This document shows positions 62,134-64,000 of a DNA stretch of 64,000 nucleotides, piece after piece (positions within the stretch are counted from its first letter, which is position 1; each line of letters begins with the position of its first letter). The notes beneath the pieces are model-generated. The model was not told the origin of the DNA. It was given only the letters and a program-made list of their open reading frames with translations, and searched no databases. A program made the position numbers and the translations under genes. The stretch is from an uncultured delta proteobacterium (GTDB lineage: Bacteria; Desulfobacterota; Desulfomonilia; UBA1062). The DNA lies in contig CAVVYZ010000001.1 of the NCBI GenBank assembly GCA_963752595.1, forward strand, positions 128,001 through 192,000, given 5' to 3'.

Positions 62134-62612
62134 TCATTGCACCGGCTTTGCAATCTGAAGGATCTGCATGGGAAGCTGGATGCCGAGCTCTTTCATCCTT
62201 TTGGTATCGACCATAATCGTCAGATCCTGCTGCCTGAGGATGGAAGCGTATCCGGTTTGACCCCGTCCTTGAGGATCTTTGCCGCCTGCCGGCCCGAATA
62301 GGAGCCGATGGTTGTAAAGTCGGTCCCTACGTAGAAAATGAAGCCCGGATATTTATAATACACAATACTGATCTAACTTGGTGATATTGGGAAAAGCAAG
62401 CCGGATGAGCTTCAGGGCGTCTTTCATATCCGGATACAGGGTCGCGCCCGTAAATCCCTGGCCTGCCTTGGTAAGCGACGCACAGCCGGCAGCCTCGGGG
62501 ATTGCGACGCCGGCAAAGACCATAGGGATGCCTGCTCCGACGATCTTGTCCTTTGCATACTTCGTCGCAGGGGCGACAACGGTGAGCACGAGGTCCGGCT
62601 TTTCGCTATGCG
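62134..62612 (-). pseudogene. ABC transporter substrate-binding protein remnant
   Basis: Fragments KPDLVLTVVAPATK...IPMVFAGV, then GTDFTTIGSYSGRQAAKILKDGVKPDTLP, then LTIMVDTKRMKELGIQLP...KPVQ-stop. No N-terminus; internal deletion and frameshift. Confidence 0.72.
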
Positions 62613-62868
62613 GGAAGCATCGCTGAAACCACATGCATAATGCGCCATAGAACAAATTTTCATGGTAATAATATCGGCAGGATGGGAGAGCAAGATCAGG
62701 CAGGGGTATTATTGGGTGAGATGAACGGCATTCACCTTAAGTATACGAGAATCCTGCCGATTCGAATCCCCCTTGTTGATTTCTGCCTATGCCCGGTAAA
62801 CCCGCATGGATATTTGTTCTTGCCAGTACCGGCAAGATATTTTATAGCCAGGGGCGTGGAGGTTACAT

Positions 62869-63471
62869 ATGGGTATTCACGCTCTCTTGGATATGAACAT
62901 CTACATCTGGGTCGTTCTTCCTGTCCTGATCTTTCTCGGCAGGATCATGGATGTGAGCCTCGGCACCATCCGGATAATCTTTATCGCGAGGAACCTCAAA
63001 TTTATCGCCCCGTTCATCGGCTTTTTCGAGGTCATGATATGGCTGCTCGCCGTCAGACAGATCATGCAGGGCGATCATATCAACATTGCATGCTTCGTCG
63101 CCTATGCCTCCGGGTTTGCCTCCGGCACCTATGTGGGCATGTACCTGGAAAACCTTCTCTCCATCGGAAAGGTCCTCATCAGGGTCATTACCCGCAATGA
63201 TTCGAAAGAGCTGGCTGCGTGCCTCAAATCTTCCGGCTTCGGACTGACCTGCGTGGGCGCCGAAGGGGCTACGGGCCCGGTTAACCTGATATTTTCCGTG
63301 GTGGAGCGTCATGACATCCCGCGCATCATCAAAATTATCGAGCAGTTCAGTCCGCATGCCTTCTATACCATCGAAGACGTGCGGTTTGTGAGCGAAAATG
63401 TGTGCCCATTCCGGGTCAAAGAGTCGAAAATGCCTCTCTGGCTCTTAAGCTCCCGGAGAAGAGCCTTATAA
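62869..63471 (+). CDS. DUF2179/DUF5698-like membrane protein
   Basis: RIMDVSLGTIR, GFFEVMIW, YASGFASGTYVG and AFYTIEDVR motifs; GGAGG RBS. Confidence 0.85.
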   Translation: MGIHALLDMNIYIWVVLPVLIFLGRIMDVSLGTIRIIFIARNLKFIAPFIGFFEVMIWLLAVRQIMQGDHINIACFVAYASGFASGTYVGMYLENLLSIGKVLIRVITRNDSKELAACLKSSGFGLTCVGAEGATGPVNLIFSVVERHDIPRIIKIIEQFSPHAFYTIEDVRFVSENVCPFRVKESKMPLWLLSSRRRAL

Positions 63472-63567
63472 GCTTACCCGAAAGGAATTTATTCCCGCTT
63501 TTTTCATCAGGAGAATAATATGGCTTGACATGGTTCTCCAATCCATATTATTGGATAAACCAATCCT

Positions 63568-64000
63568 ATGAAAAAGACGGGTCCCCGATCAATTCAGAGT
63601 AGAAGCAGTAATTCCCAGGACCGTGAGAAGCCCCTTCCGAGGCGCATTGCAGACATGCTCCTCGCGCGTATTTTCGTGGGCGAGCTTCAGCCCGGAGACA
63701 AGCTTCCGCCCGACCGGGTGCTTGCTGAACAGCTCGGTGTGGACCGCACCTCCCTGCGTGCAGCCCTGAGCGAACTCGCCGGAAGGAACATCGTCCGGGC
63801 AGTCCAGGGCTCGGGAGTGGTTGTACTCGACTATCGCGAGCATGCAGGGCTCGACTTCCTCGACGCCGTATTCGCCATGCCGGACATCGATCTCGGAAGC
63901 GCCTTCAACAGGGAGCTCCTGGACCACTGGATCGAGGTCGTGCCTGCCATCGCACAGTCGGCGTTCGGCCGTGCCACCCCCTCGGACCTGGCTTCCATCG
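63568..64000 (+). CDS. GntR/FadR family regulator (runs off window)
   Basis: Manual translation ...ARIFVGELQPGDKLPPDRVLAEQLGVDRTSLRAALSEL...VQGSG. The upstream region has TTGACA and the palindrome ATTGG-N5-CCAAT. Confidence 0.88.
   Translation, partial: MKKTGPRSIQSRSSNSQDREKPLPRRIADMLLARIFVGELQPGDKLPPDRVLAEQLGVDRTSLRAALSELAGRNIVRAVQGSGVVVLDYREHAGLDFLDAVFAMPDIDLGSAFNRELLDHWIEVVPAIAQSAFGRATPSDLASI

Noticed and set aside
445-63927. Numerous long antisense or alternate-frame ORFs (e.g. 11031-11918, 31117-32133, 44550-45809, 52960-54204)
   Set aside because: They overlap well-supported genes, carry no family motifs, and are expected shadows in GC-rich coding DNA.
1-64000. CRISPR array, tRNA, rRNA, integrase or prophage genes
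   Set aside because: By eye I found no regularly spaced direct repeats, cloverleaf/T-loop signatures or phage/integrase motifs. A covariance search was not possible.

Overview
A chromosomal window, probably from an anaerobic deltaproteobacterium (Desulfobacterota/Syntrophales-like). This taxonomy is inferred only from gene content: sigma54 regulation, CheX pairs, a PEP-CTERM protein and a Sec candidate. I found no rRNA, tRNA or CRISPR array. Ordinary genes (menG/ubiE, aroF, asnB-like, msrAB, ftsH, ddl, trmH-like) alternate with accessory blocks: (1) a 51-codon membrane peptide with an in-frame UGA followed by a SECIS-like hairpin, missed by the ORF track; (2) a GIY-YIG gene, a deleted type I R-M remnant and a DNA-binding protein/Doc pair; (3) a kaiC-kaiB-kaiB-PAS hybrid kinase cluster with a third kaiB; (4) an AT-richer patch with TetR, PEP-CTERM, TatT, an IS200 and two orphan structured non-coding segments; (5) a kdp operon with two microproteins, driven by a sigma54 promoter and a bEBP two-component system, plus a kinase-less KdpD-Usp-PTS EIIA fusion; (6) an IclR-TRAP-LarA-enolase-glycerate kinase-2-hydroxyacid dehydrogenase operon whose enolase lacks two normally conserved histidines, suggesting an undescribed 2-hydroxy-acid catabolic route; (7) FadR-glpD-alkyl-DHAP-synthase-like genes; (8) two cheX genes and a HEAT-receiver gene. 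Nearly all single-base frameshifts fall in blocks 3 and 6 and look like assembly errors. Family assignments rest on motifs recognised by eye, not on database searches.
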